Shown: positions 9,295 to 17,879 of the stretch, in pieces
Layout of the letters: each line of letters begins with the position of its first letter
Numbering within the stretch: position 1 is the first letter of the stretch
Origin: an uncultured Ruminococcus sp.
GTDB taxonomy: Bacteria > Bacillota > Clostridia > Oscillospirales > Acutalibacteraceae
Reading direction: 5' to 3'
NCBI GenBank assembly: GCA_964629925.1
Contig: CAZVSQ010000001.1
Span: forward strand, 6,610-70,609
Length of the DNA stretch: 64,000 nucleotides
Notes under the pieces: generated by a model
Told to the model about the DNA's origin: nothing
The model's input: only the letters and a program-made list of their open reading frames with translations
The model's database searches: none
Translations under genes and position numbers: made by a program

Positions 9295-9633
9295 ATGTCA
9301 CGTTATAAGATTTTTAGGGATGGCAAGGGCAAGGTAATTGTAGCATCAAGTTACGTAGGTAAGATTGTAAGAGGCGTTGCAAAGTGTAATGAAAATGATA
9401 CCTACAACGAAGATACAGGTATTGCTCTTGCAACTGCAAGGTGTGATGTAAAGATTGCTAATAAGAGGGTAAAGAGAGCTATGGCAAAGTATGACGCCGC
9501 AACAAAAGCAGTAAATGATGCAACTGCGGCTTGGGAAAAAGCAATTAAGTATCTTACTAATGCAGAGCAGGAAGCTCTTAATGCTCGTAAGACACTTTCA
9601 GTTCTTGAGTCAACTGTGCGGGGTGGGGGTTAA
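9295..9633 (+). CDS. hypothetical phage protein
   Basis: 112-aa ORF with RBS; GVAKC...D.Y....G..LA.AR motif plus a coiled coil. Confidence 0.75.
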   Translation: MSRYKIFRDGKGKVIVASSYVGKIVRGVAKCNENDTYNEDTGIALATARCDVKIANKRVKRAMAKYDAATKAVNDATAAWEKAIKYLTNAEQEALNARKTLSVLESTVRGGG

Positions 9634-9646
9634 CCTCCCCCAATAT

Positions 9647-10176
9647 ACGCCAGTAGCTCAGGGGACAGAGCAACAGATTTCTTAATCAGGCGGATAAGAA
9701 GGTGGAAATAATATAGGTATTAGCAACTCAATTTAAAGGAAAAATTACTGAATTACAAGTTGCAACAGCCTTATTACAAAAAGGATATATTGTTAGTCAG
9801 CCATTGATTGATACACGATATGATTTTTTACTTGAATATAAAAATCAATTTTTAAAAATTCAAGTAAAAACAAGTCATATAATAGGAGATAATGAAGCAA
9901 TAGAATTTAGCACTTGTAATACTCATATAAATACACGAAAAATTATAAGTAAAACTTATAAAGGACAAATTGATTATTTTGCAACATATTATAATAATCA
10001 ATGTTACATTATTCCTATTGAAGACTGTGGGTCAAAAACAAAAAAATTAAGGATTGCTCCAACAAAAAATCATCAAATTAAAGGAATAAGTTTTTTAAAA
10101 GATTATACTTTAGAAAAAATTCTTCCAAATGATTAAGAAATCTGTGTTGTCGGGGGTTCGAATCCCTCTTGGCGTG
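9647..10176 (+). tRNA. tRNA-Arg (probably TCT) split by a ~456-nt endonuclease-coding insertion
   Basis: 5' half ACGCCAG...GAGCA-ACAGA-TTTCT; 3' half AA-TCTGT...GGTTCGAATCC-TTGGCGT-G; A20. Confidence 0.8.
9702..10136 (+). CDS. PD-(D/E)XK homing endonuclease (I-Ssp6803I-like) inside the tRNA insertion
   Basis: KGKITELQVA..LLQKGY.VSQP..DTRYD...IQVKT...IDYFATY; start uncertain, 1 TAG near the N-terminus. Confidence 0.8.
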
Positions 10177-10311
10177 CTAATATCTGGGCTGGTCGAAAGA
10201 CCCTGGTCCACCCTTCCTTTCATAAGATATTATGGAGCATAAAAACTTTTGTGTGAAGTTTTTAGTGAGCTGGGGTACGCTCTGGTTCTATTTTTTAGTA
10301 GCACAATAAAT

Positions 10312-10390
10312 GTGGGTGTAGGGGAAGAGGAACCCCGCCTGTTTTGGGAACAGGATGTTACTGCGCCTTCGAGCGGCGTCACCCGCACCA
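10312..10390 (+). tRNA. tRNA-Pro (TGG)
   Basis: CCTGT-TTTGGGA-ACAGG, CCA end. Confidence 0.85.
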
Positions 10391-10617
10391 AGAGGAATGA
10401 TTCCACGCCTCAATGAAAATAAGGTTTTATCACCCTTATGAGTAGATTAAAAAGGATGGCGGAGAGCGCGAAATGGCTCAGGTGGAGGGAATGCCCACGT
10501 GGAGGAGCCCCCGAGTAACGGTTGATTGCTTGTAATTAGGGAGTGATAAACCATCAACCAAGCAATTGAGCTTGTTTTTACAAGCTTATTTAACTTGTTT
10601 GAAAGGAGTGAAAAACA

Positions 10618-10842
10618 ATGAGGGTACGAATTAGACTTGATACAGTTACTGATATAAATAAATTTGTAAATATCACAACTGCTCTTAAGCCACCAATTAC
10701 TATTACTGATGGCAATGGATTGAGAGTAAACGCAAAATCAGTTATAGGCGTATTGCACGCTCTTGAGTTTGATAATCTTGTATGCGAAACAGAAGATGAT
10801 AATGATATTTATATGGCAATTAAGGAGTTTGTTATAGAATGA
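10618..10842 (+). CDS. HPr-family phosphocarrier-like protein
   Basis: VNAKSVIGV (Ser46 signature); no His15 motif. Confidence 0.7.
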   Translation: MRVRIRLDTVTDINKFVNITTALKPPITITDGNGLRVNAKSVIGVLHALEFDNLVCETEDDNDIYMAIKEFVIE

Positions 10843-11073
10843 TTATAACAGGCTCCTTATATTTTTTGCAAGATGGCGATAAAATGAACTTTATATTAAC
10901 TATTTGGGAGGAGATGCTCAAAGGCAACTTCTCTTTTGCTATTCTTATTGTAGGAATTATACAATGCGGATTAATGATTTAGAATGGTCGCAAGAAGAAA
11001 TAAGCTGACAGGGTGGTTTATGCCCGCCTTTTGAGACGCAAGTTGGTTTTAGATTTTTTTGATTTTGAATTAT

Positions 11074-11120
11074 GGTCAAAAGTAATTAACTATAAAACTC
11101 TATTTTTTATTATTATTAGA
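11074..11120 (+). promoter_or_regulatory. candidate phage late promoter (GGNC, then T-tract ending in A at +35)
   Basis: Same spacing at 11074, 19417, 20806, 32589, 53841 (+) and 49870 (-). Confidence 0.55.
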
Positions 11121-11152
11121 AAATTAAATTATATTTTAAGGAGGAAATAATA

Positions 11153-11431
11153 ATGTATATGGCTCTTGGTATGAATTTTAATTCTGTTGAAGAGGCTAAC
11201 GAAAAACTTGGCGGAATTAAAATGTATTATGTTGGCACTAATTCAACAGGTTACATAAAATAGGATAATAAAAGATATAGAGAATACATTCTTTTATCTA
11301 AAGATATCGCAAAACTTAACAATATAACTAATGCACTTGATGGTTCAGTTGCTTTTGTGGTAGATATTAATAAAACTTATATTTTAAACAATGGAAATTG
11401 GACTTTACTTTGCAGTCTTAATTATAAATAA
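11153..11431 (+). CDS. small virion-associated protein, paralog of 11447 (1 TAG)
   Basis: MYYVGTNSTGYIK*DNKRYREY aligns with MYYVGTKDLGYVEEGHKRFRKY. Confidence 0.7.
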
Positions 11432-11446
11432 AAAGGAGAGAAAAAA

Positions 11447-11701
11447 ATGTATATTTATATGGGTATGTTCTTTAATTCCCAACAAGACGTTCCAGATTTT
11501 GGTAGTATTGCAATGTATTATGTCGGTACTAAAGATTTGGGATATGTGGAAGAAGGGCACAAAAGATTTAGAAAGTACACCTTCCAGTCTACAGATTTAA
11601 ATAAATTGTCTTTAATTACCAATGCAATAGATGGTTCAGAGGCATTTGCCGTGGATACTGGAACTACTTATGTACTATACGATGGTTAGTGGAGTTTCTA
11701 A
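11447..11701 (+). CDS. small virion-associated protein (1 TAG)
   Basis: RBS; DGSEAFAVDTG..Y...G*W; ends at TAA. Confidence 0.65.
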
Positions 11702-11723
11702 TACAGCCCCCGCAATTAATAAG

Positions 11724-12464
11724 ATGCGTTCTTTATCAGGAATAAGACTTACTAATAATAATGGAAATGCACAAACTGACACAACGACGGAAGTGACAAG
11801 AGCAGAAGCTAATAATACTGCTACTGCAAAAGAATGGTACATTGAAACATTTAGTGATAGATTGTTAATAAATGGATTACTTGTTTTAATGGGCAAATCA
11901 TTAAATACTCAAGCTATTTTCGGTAGAGGCTTAGACACTGGTAATAAAACTGCGAAAGAAGCATATATCACAGGAACCCTTAATGATAAAGGGTTATTTT
12001 ATGGAGTTACAGGAAATGGTAATTCAGCTGTTAAAGTTTTTGGAATGGAAAATTTCTGGGGCTGTGTATGGCATAGAACAGCAGGATTAATTACAAATGA
12101 TCATGCAATAAAATTAAAATTAACTTATGGAACAAAAGATGGTTCTACTGTTATAGGATATAATCAAACTGGTAATGGATATATAGATAATGGAACTGTT
12201 CCATATTCAAATGGATATGTACAAAAAATGTCATATAATAAATATGGTTTTATGCCTGCGGTGGTTACTGGCGGAAGTCAATCAACTTATTATGCAGATA
12301 GTCATTATCAAAATGCAGTCTATACAGGAATTATATATGCGTCATTCGGTGGCTGCTCTGGCAATGACTTGGCCGCGGGGACGTTCTGTCTGATTCTGGG
12401 CGGTGCTCCTGGGACCGCGAAGTGGAGCATCGCCGCTTCGCTTTCTTGTAAACCATTACTTTAA
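11724..12464 (+). CDS. C-type-lectin-fold tail or receptor-binding protein with DGR-like variable C-terminus
   Basis: MRSLSG, FGMENFWG, GG...G.F...IAASLSCKP; start uncertain. Confidence 0.65.
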   Translation: MRSLSGIRLTNNNGNAQTDTTTEVTRAEANNTATAKEWYIETFSDRLLINGLLVLMGKSLNTQAIFGRGLDTGNKTAKEAYITGTLNDKGLFYGVTGNGNSAVKVFGMENFWGCVWHRTAGLITNDHAIKLKLTYGTKDGSTVIGYNQTGNGYIDNGTVPYSNGYVQKMSYNKYGFMPAVVTGGSQSTYYADSHYQNAVYTGIIYASFGGCSGNDLAAGTFCLILGGAPGTAKWSIAASLSCKPLL

Positions 12465-12726
12465 TTAAAAAATATAAGAATATTTAAATAATAAATTATA
12501 TTTAACAATAAAAAAGATAAAAAACATAATAAGGAAAAAATTTGACATTTCTGAAAATTTTTGGTATAATATAATTGCGGGGTTGGAAAGGACTCAAATA
12601 CATCAGAGTCTATAAAACCATAAAGATCTCGGCCAGAGTAGGTTTCCAACCAAATAGGCAAAGAATAGCCAATCTTATTTTCAAGTAAGATTGGCTATTC
12701 CAATATACATGAAAGGAGATATATTT

Positions 12727-13794
12727 ATGCCTCAAAAAAATCAAAATATTAAATTTTATTATGGAACATAGGCAGAGTATAATGCTTTGCCTACCAAAAA
12801 TCAGAATGCTTTTTATATAATTATAGACAATAAAAAGATTTATATAGGAGATTCTTTATATACTTATACTATTGATAATGAAGCTACAACAGAATCAGCA
12901 GGATTAATGAGTGCGGCAGATAAAGCTAAATTAAATAATTTACCGTCAAATATTGTTTGTTTATCTCACGCTGAATACAATGAATTAGTTTAGCCCGATC
13001 CAAATACATTATATATTTTTACAGATGGCGGAGGTGGCGACAGTAGATATGTTACTGCAAATATTAATACTTCCACTGGATCACCCCTTTTATTAAGACA
13101 AGTAACCACAACGGAGTATAATAGAAGTAGCGGTGATGTGCCTATTACGTTTACCACAACAGGCAGTAAGCTTGTTGATTACAGCATAAACGGCACTTAT
13201 GAGGGTGTCGGAGACAGCAGTATCAATTATTTTTCGGGAACGCTTGAACAGGGAACGATCAGGTCTGATACCGGAGAACTTTATGTTAATGCATCAAGGC
13301 TCAGATCTACCGATTATGTGGAACTTGAAGCGGGAGATTATTTAATATCAATAGAAAAATCAAACACAGGGCAAAGTCTTGACTTTTCTGTTATTGTTTT
13401 TCTTTACGGTGCTGGCGATACTTACACATACGTTGGAACTTTAATGGATGGGTGGACTCCGTTTCCAGTCCGTTTTACAGTCGGAGCAAATCAGGTCATA
13501 AAATTTGCAATCGCACAGGATACGGGCGGTGTATCGGCTCCGCTTGACCCCGCATATATTTCTGCTGTAAAAATTCAGCCGAGAAAGACTATTACAAATG
13601 GATACACAATACCGGTTGTAGTAAGCTCAGGCGGCAGCAGTCAGACAACAACATTCACCGTAAACAAGCCGCTTGAACTTTCAGATACTCTTACACTTTC
13701 AAGCACAGGTGTTGATATATCAACAAGCAGTGGAGAAAACACACTGACTGTTAATACTGAGTCAAAGCCAACTGTCAGTATTCTTTATACTTAA
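12727..13794 (+). CDS. tail fibre-like protein (2 TAG)
   Basis: Joins ORFs 12787 and 13138 in one frame; AGLMSAADKAKL repeat. Confidence 0.7.
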
Positions 13795-13807
13795 ATGGAG
13801 GGGAAAC

Positions 13808-14536
13808 ATGAGTTATATAGAAAAAACAATTTCAATGTACGGCACTGAATTGCAGTTTTTACAGGCGTTTATCAATGCAATCACAGCGGCAGACAACAGA
13901 ATAACTTGCCTAACAAACAACCTTGAAACGCAGTTTGCTGATACTTCAAACAAACCAACTTTTACGCTTTCTGTTGATGGGATATATACAATAACGTTTA
14001 CAAGGGGGGACGTATTATCAGACACCACTTATATCTATCGGGTTACCAGTTCGGCATTCAATGATGATTCACTATATTTAGATTTTAATTCCAGTTATGC
14101 AAATTATAATGAAAAAAAAATAAGAAAATGTAAATTTTCTGTTGTGGCGAATAGTGAGGACATATATCTGAAATTAGCTTCAGGCGCCGGAGATTTAAAT
14201 TCACCAGTCGTAAAATGGTTTTCAATTAAAAATAATGCTATTTCTATTTATGCGGTTAAATCTGGCTCAACAAATATAATATCAAGTGTTTTTAAAACAA
14301 CCGGAGGTCAGGAGTACACAAAAATTGATAGACTGCTTTATACCTACAACAGCTCTGATTCAACAAAAATCGAATTGATAAAATCAAAAATGTTTGTTGA
14401 GAAAGAAACAACAAACAGGGCCTTTGAAGTAAATAAAATAATAGATTCGACTACTGTTACAGCAGGTCGGGATATTTCTATCAATTCCACTAGGTATTAT
14501 GTGCTTGACAGTCACACTTTAATGGAAATAGAATAA
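13808..14536 (+). CDS. tail-associated protein, paralog of 36987-37736
   Basis: N-terminus KTISMYGTELQF..A.I.AIT.AD.RITC and C-terminus HTLM.IE are shared. Confidence 0.75.
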   Translation: MSYIEKTISMYGTELQFLQAFINAITAADNRITCLTNNLETQFADTSNKPTFTLSVDGIYTITFTRGDVLSDTTYIYRVTSSAFNDDSLYLDFNSSYANYNEKKIRKCKFSVVANSEDIYLKLASGAGDLNSPVVKWFSIKNNAISIYAVKSGSTNIISSVFKTTGGQEYTKIDRLLYTYNSSDSTKIELIKSKMFVEKETTNRAFEVNKIIDSTTVTAGRDISINSTRYYVLDSHTLMEIE

Positions 14537-14782
14537 AATTTTAATTTTAATATTAAATTAAAACGAGAAGGTGAAACGTAGGCATGACTTTAAATAACAT
14601 TAATGCAATTATGCTTGGCTCAAGTGAAATTAATACAATATATCTTGGAACGAATATAATTTGGACAAAAAAAATAACTCTAATTAGAACGAAGAAGATG
14701 AAAACAATTCTGAAAATGAAAATTCTAATTGACAAAATAAAAAATTTATGTTATAATAAATATATAAAAAGAAGGTGAGATT

Positions 14783-15184
14783 TTGTCTTTATATGTTTAT
14801 AGAGCATATTAGTATAAATTTTGTGGACTACATAATTTAGAAAAAATTGAAGTGATAGAAGCAAAAAATATGGAAGATGCAAAAGATTGGGCAAAAGAAA
14901 CTGCATATGATATCATTATGAATGATGATCGTATTTTTGGCGATTTGTATAATGAAGCTAATGATAAATTTGAACAAATAATGGGCTTCCCCTATGGTTC
15001 AAATGCTTATGATGAAAGATTTTCCAATATTTTAAATAAATTGGTATCAGGAGATATTGCTTTTGAAGTATTTGAATTAAATGAAGATGCAATACAATCT
15101 TATTCTGTTCAAGAGCTGCAAGAAATGGCAGAAGAAGATGTTGAAATGTTTATTGCTGATTTTGCGATTCCTATATTTGAATAA
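14783..15184 (+). CDS. hypothetical protein, paralog of 15261 (TAG at codon 10)
   Basis: LSLYVYRAY*YKF vs MSLYVYRAYEDKF. Confidence 0.75.
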
Positions 15185-15260
15185 AGTGTCCTTACTTGAA
15201 AAATTAAAAAAATTTTGTTATAATATATATGTAAGATAAAAAGAAAGGAAGAAAAAAGAA

Positions 15261-15665
15261 ATGTCGTTATATGTTTATAGAGCGTATGAAGATAAATTTC
15301 GTGGGCTAAATGATATGGACTGCATTTCTATTATTGAAGCAGATAATTTAGAGGATGCTAATAAATATGCTCGTGAAGCGTCATTTAGGCTAATTCAAGA
15401 CAACGACATTATATATAATAGTCTTTATTCAAAAGCTGAAGATAAATATGAACGAATATTTGGCGTTAGATTTAATGATGAACCAGAAATGCAAGAAAAA
15501 TTTGCCAATATTCTTCAAAAAATAATTAAAGCTGACGTTCTTTATGAATTATATGAATTAAATAAAGATATGACGATTCCTTATTCAATAGAAGAAATGC
15601 TTGAAAAAGCAAAGAAAGATTTTGAAGATTTCGTTTTAGATTTTGGTCGTTTTAGATTTTGGTAA
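15261..15665 (+). CDS. hypothetical protein
   Basis: 134-aa ORF with promoter and RBS. Confidence 0.75.
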   Translation: MSLYVYRAYEDKFRGLNDMDCISIIEADNLEDANKYAREASFRLIQDNDIIYNSLYSKAEDKYERIFGVRFNDEPEMQEKFANILQKIIKADVLYELYELNKDMTIPYSIEEMLEKAKKDFEDFVLDFGRFRFW

Positions 15666-15692
15666 ACCAATTTTTATTTAAGGAGAATTTTA

Positions 15693-15815
15693 ATGAGAAA
15701 TAAACTTTATTATGAAAATAGAATCACAATTCTTACAGCTAAAGGCGAAATGAAAAATGCAAAATTAATTGCTAAAGCAAAAAGAAAATTGCGGAAGTTA
15801 GAGAACCTTACTTGA
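15693..15815 (+). CDS. small basic protein
   Basis: AAGGAG RBS, 40 codons. Confidence 0.5.
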   Translation: MRNKLYYENRITILTAKGEMKNAKLIAKAKRKLRKLENLT

Positions 15816-15872
15816 AAAATTAAAAAATTTTTGTTATAATATATATACAAGATAAAAAAGAAATAAAAAACA

Positions 15873-15939
15873 AAGACACATACAGCAAAAATAAATTTGG
15901 CTTTGACTTTTAATCAAAATACCAGAATATGTGTCTTGT
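15873..15939 (+). ncRNA. closed-stem CAGCAA ncRNA, copy D (Lys-UUU anticodon-arm mimic)
   Basis: AAGACACATACAGCAA...ATGTGTCTTGT; internal TTTGA-CTTTTAA-TCAAA. Confidence 0.65.
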
Positions 15940-15944
15940 TTTAT

Positions 15945-16018
15945 GGAGGGTTATCACAACAGTAGTGAACACGGCTTTGACCCGTGGTACATAGGGGCAG
16001 CACCTATACCCTCTGCCA
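15945..16018 (+). tRNA. tRNA-Gln (TTG), non-canonical T loop
   Basis: CACGG-CTTTGAC-CCGTG; T loop GGCAGCA; CCA end. Confidence 0.8.
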
Positions 16019-16405
16019 ATCACACAAAAGTACCCAAGCATAATCTAAAAAGATTATCCAAGTAAAACGGTGTGATACAACCTCTAGAGTTTATTATTTT
16101 TCCAAGAGGTAAAACAAAAAATAATTATATTGTGGAAGTCGTCTTAAGCCACAATGAATAGGAGCTTGATGAAAAAAGTCACGAACGAAAGTCAGAAAAA
16201 ACTATAAAAGGTGACAATCTGAGCAAGGGCTATGCTAATGAATACTTGTAGCTCAAAAAACGCAAAGGACGCAGCGTTATTTAGTAAGACACTTTATATA
16301 AAAGCGTGCTGACTTTTATATAATTAAAAATGGTATGCAAGAGAGGTCAGCTCATCCCTCCGCATTTAAAGTGTTTCTGCAAAATGTAACCGCCATTAAA
16401 AATAT

Positions 16406-16494
16406 AGAGGAGTACTCAAGTGGTCATACGAGGGCGGTCCTGAAAACCGTTTAACCGAAAGGTTACAGGGGTTCGAATCCCCTCTCCTCTGCCA
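16406..16494 (+). tRNA. tRNA-Ser (TGA)
   Basis: GCGGT-CCTGAAA-ACCGT, long variable arm, GCCA end. Confidence 0.85.
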
Positions 16495-16503
16495 AATAAA
16501 TAT

Positions 16504-16593
16504 GGAGGTATGGGAGAGAGGCTTAATCCAGCATCCTGCTAAGATGCCGAACTCGCAAGGGTTCCGCTGGTTCGAATCCAGCTGCCTCCGCCA
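16504..16593 (+). tRNA. tRNA-Ser (GCT)
   Basis: GCATC-CTGCTAA-GATGC, long variable arm, GCCA end. Confidence 0.9.
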
Positions 16594-16677
16594 AAAATAC
16601 TTACTTGAAAATTTAAAAAAATTTTGTTATAATATATATGTAAGATAAAAAAAGAAATAAAAAAGGAGCATTAATTT

Positions 16678-16827
16678 ATGGATTATTTTGATAGTTTTGA
16701 TTGTCAGCTTCAGTGTGAAGACTTTTATGATTCGTATTCTTATTATGGAATATCCAATGAAGGAAGTTATTTTGAAGATTTTTATAGTTTAAACACAAAT
16801 GAAGAAATGCTCTTTGATGAATTTTAA
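16678..16827 (+). CDS. small acidic protein
   Basis: AAGGAG RBS behind a promoter; 49 codons. Confidence 0.5.
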   Translation: MDYFDSFDCQLQCEDFYDSYSYYGISNEGSYFEDFYSLNTNEEMLFDEF

Positions 16828-16840
16828 CTATTGAGCATTG

Positions 16841-16913
16841 CACGCTTTCGTCTAAATGGTTAGGACATTAGCCCCTCAAGTTAAAAATGCAGGTTCAAGT
16901 CCTGCAAGCGTGA
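16841..16913 (+). tRNA. tRNA-Glu (CTC)
   Basis: TCGTCTAAATGGTTAGGAC D arm; TTAGC-CCCTCAA-GTTAA. Confidence 0.8.
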
Positions 16914-16920
16914 TTAATAT

Positions 16921-16997
16921 GGCACCTTCGTCTAAATGGTTAGGACACAGTTCTTTCACGACTGCAATGACGGGTTCGAGCCCCGCAGGTGCTTCCA
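16921..16997 (+). tRNA. tRNA-Glu (TTC)
   Basis: CAGTT-CTTTCAC-GACTG, CCA end. Confidence 0.88.
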
Positions 16998-17110
16998 ATA
17001 ATATAAACCATTGCGGTTTTACTTACAGCCGCATAAAAATTTACTTAAGACTATCGGAAAGTCGGTGTGTGGCAAGGTGAATTGGTTAGAGTTCTGCACA
17101 CCATCTATAT

Positions 17111-17186
17111 GCGGTTGTAGCTCAGTTGGAAGAGCACTTGACCTTTAATCAAGAAGTCGGGAGTTCGAGCCTCCCCAGCCGCACCA
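17111..17186 (+). tRNA. tRNA-Lys (TTT)
   Basis: CTTGA-CCTTTAA-TCAAG, CCA end. Confidence 0.88.
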
Positions 17187-17196
17187 CTATTTAATA

Positions 17197-17286
17197 AAGA
17201 CACATACAGCAATCTTATTTACAAGATTATTTATAAAAAATTTTTAATTTATAGAAAACAAAACTTTTTTAAACTATGTGTCTTGT
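17197..17286 (+). ncRNA. closed-stem CAGCAA ncRNA, copy E
   Basis: AAGACACATACAGCAA...ATGTGTCTTGT. Confidence 0.6.
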
Positions 17287-17290
17287 ATAT

Positions 17291-17365
17291 GCGCCAGTAG
17301 CTCAATGGATAGAGTGTATAACTACGAATTATACGATGAGGGTTCAATTCCTTCTTGGCGTGCCA
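17291..17365 (+). tRNA. tRNA-Arg (ACG)
   Basis: TATAA-CTACGAA-TTATA, CCA end. Confidence 0.88.
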
Positions 17366-17371
17366 AAATAT

Positions 17372-17445
17372 GTTGAGCATAGTTCAGCTGGAAGAACGCC
17401 AGTTTGTGGCACTGGAGGTCGGGAGTTCAATTCTCACTGCTCAAC
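17372..17445 (+). tRNA. tRNA-His (GTG)
   Basis: CCAGT-TTGTGGC-ACTGG; G-1:C73. Confidence 0.85.
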
Positions 17446-17455
17446 CTCTTTTATA

Positions 17456-17521
17456 AAGACATTTACAGCAATTATGAATAAAATTATATGTTGCAATTTT
17501 TATATTTTTAAAATGTCTTGT
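17456..17521 (+). ncRNA. closed-stem CAGCAA ncRNA, copy F
   Basis: AAGACATTT-ACAGCAA...AAATGTCTT-GT (compensatory stem). Confidence 0.6.
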
Positions 17522-17595
17522 TCAAAAGTTTATTCCTTCTTACTTTTGGACTGACATAAGTGTGTCGGTCCATTTCTTTTTGAAAGGAGAAAAAT

Positions 17596-17772
17596 ATGAA
17601 AAATTTATCTGATTATGAAATTTTTGAAGAGGTTTGTGCTCAGTTGCCAAATATGCCACTTCGTGAAAAAAACATTGTTATAAACTTAATTTCACAAGGT
17701 TACAATGTAAAAGAAATCATTGAACATATTTGTTTCCCCATAGGATGGAATGATTTAGGATGGAATGAGTAA
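17596..17772 (+). CDS. small hypothetical protein (LuxR/sigma-4 HTH-like)
   Basis: AAGGAG RBS; REKNIVINLISQGYNVKEI. Confidence 0.5.
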   Translation: MKNLSDYEIFEEVCAQLPNMPLREKNIVINLISQGYNVKEIIEHICFPIGWNDLGWNE

Positions 17773-17774
17773 AT

Positions 17775-17850
17775 GGACAGGTATCCAAGTGGTTACGGAG
17801 AGCGTCTGCAAAACGCTTTTGCGTGAGTTCAAATCTCACCCTGCCCTCCA
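17775..17850 (+). tRNA. tRNA-Cys (GCA)
   Basis: AGCGT-CTGCAAA-ACGCT, TCCA end. Confidence 0.88.
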
Positions 17851-17879
17851 CAAATAAGAGAGAAAAGGAGATAAAGGAT

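Noticed and set aside
5547-10310. Theta/HDV-like ribozymes after tRNAs, as reported for recoded phages
   Set aside because: I could not build a convincing nested double pseudoknot by eye; a motif search is needed.
388-16655. Promoter repeats as CRISPR repeats or IS ends
   Set aside because: Irregular spacing, clear -35/-10 architecture, and no transposase or cas genes.
17823-17879. ORF-track start at 17823 for the DUF2828 gene
   Set aside because: It overlaps tRNA-Cys; the RBS supports ATG at 17880.
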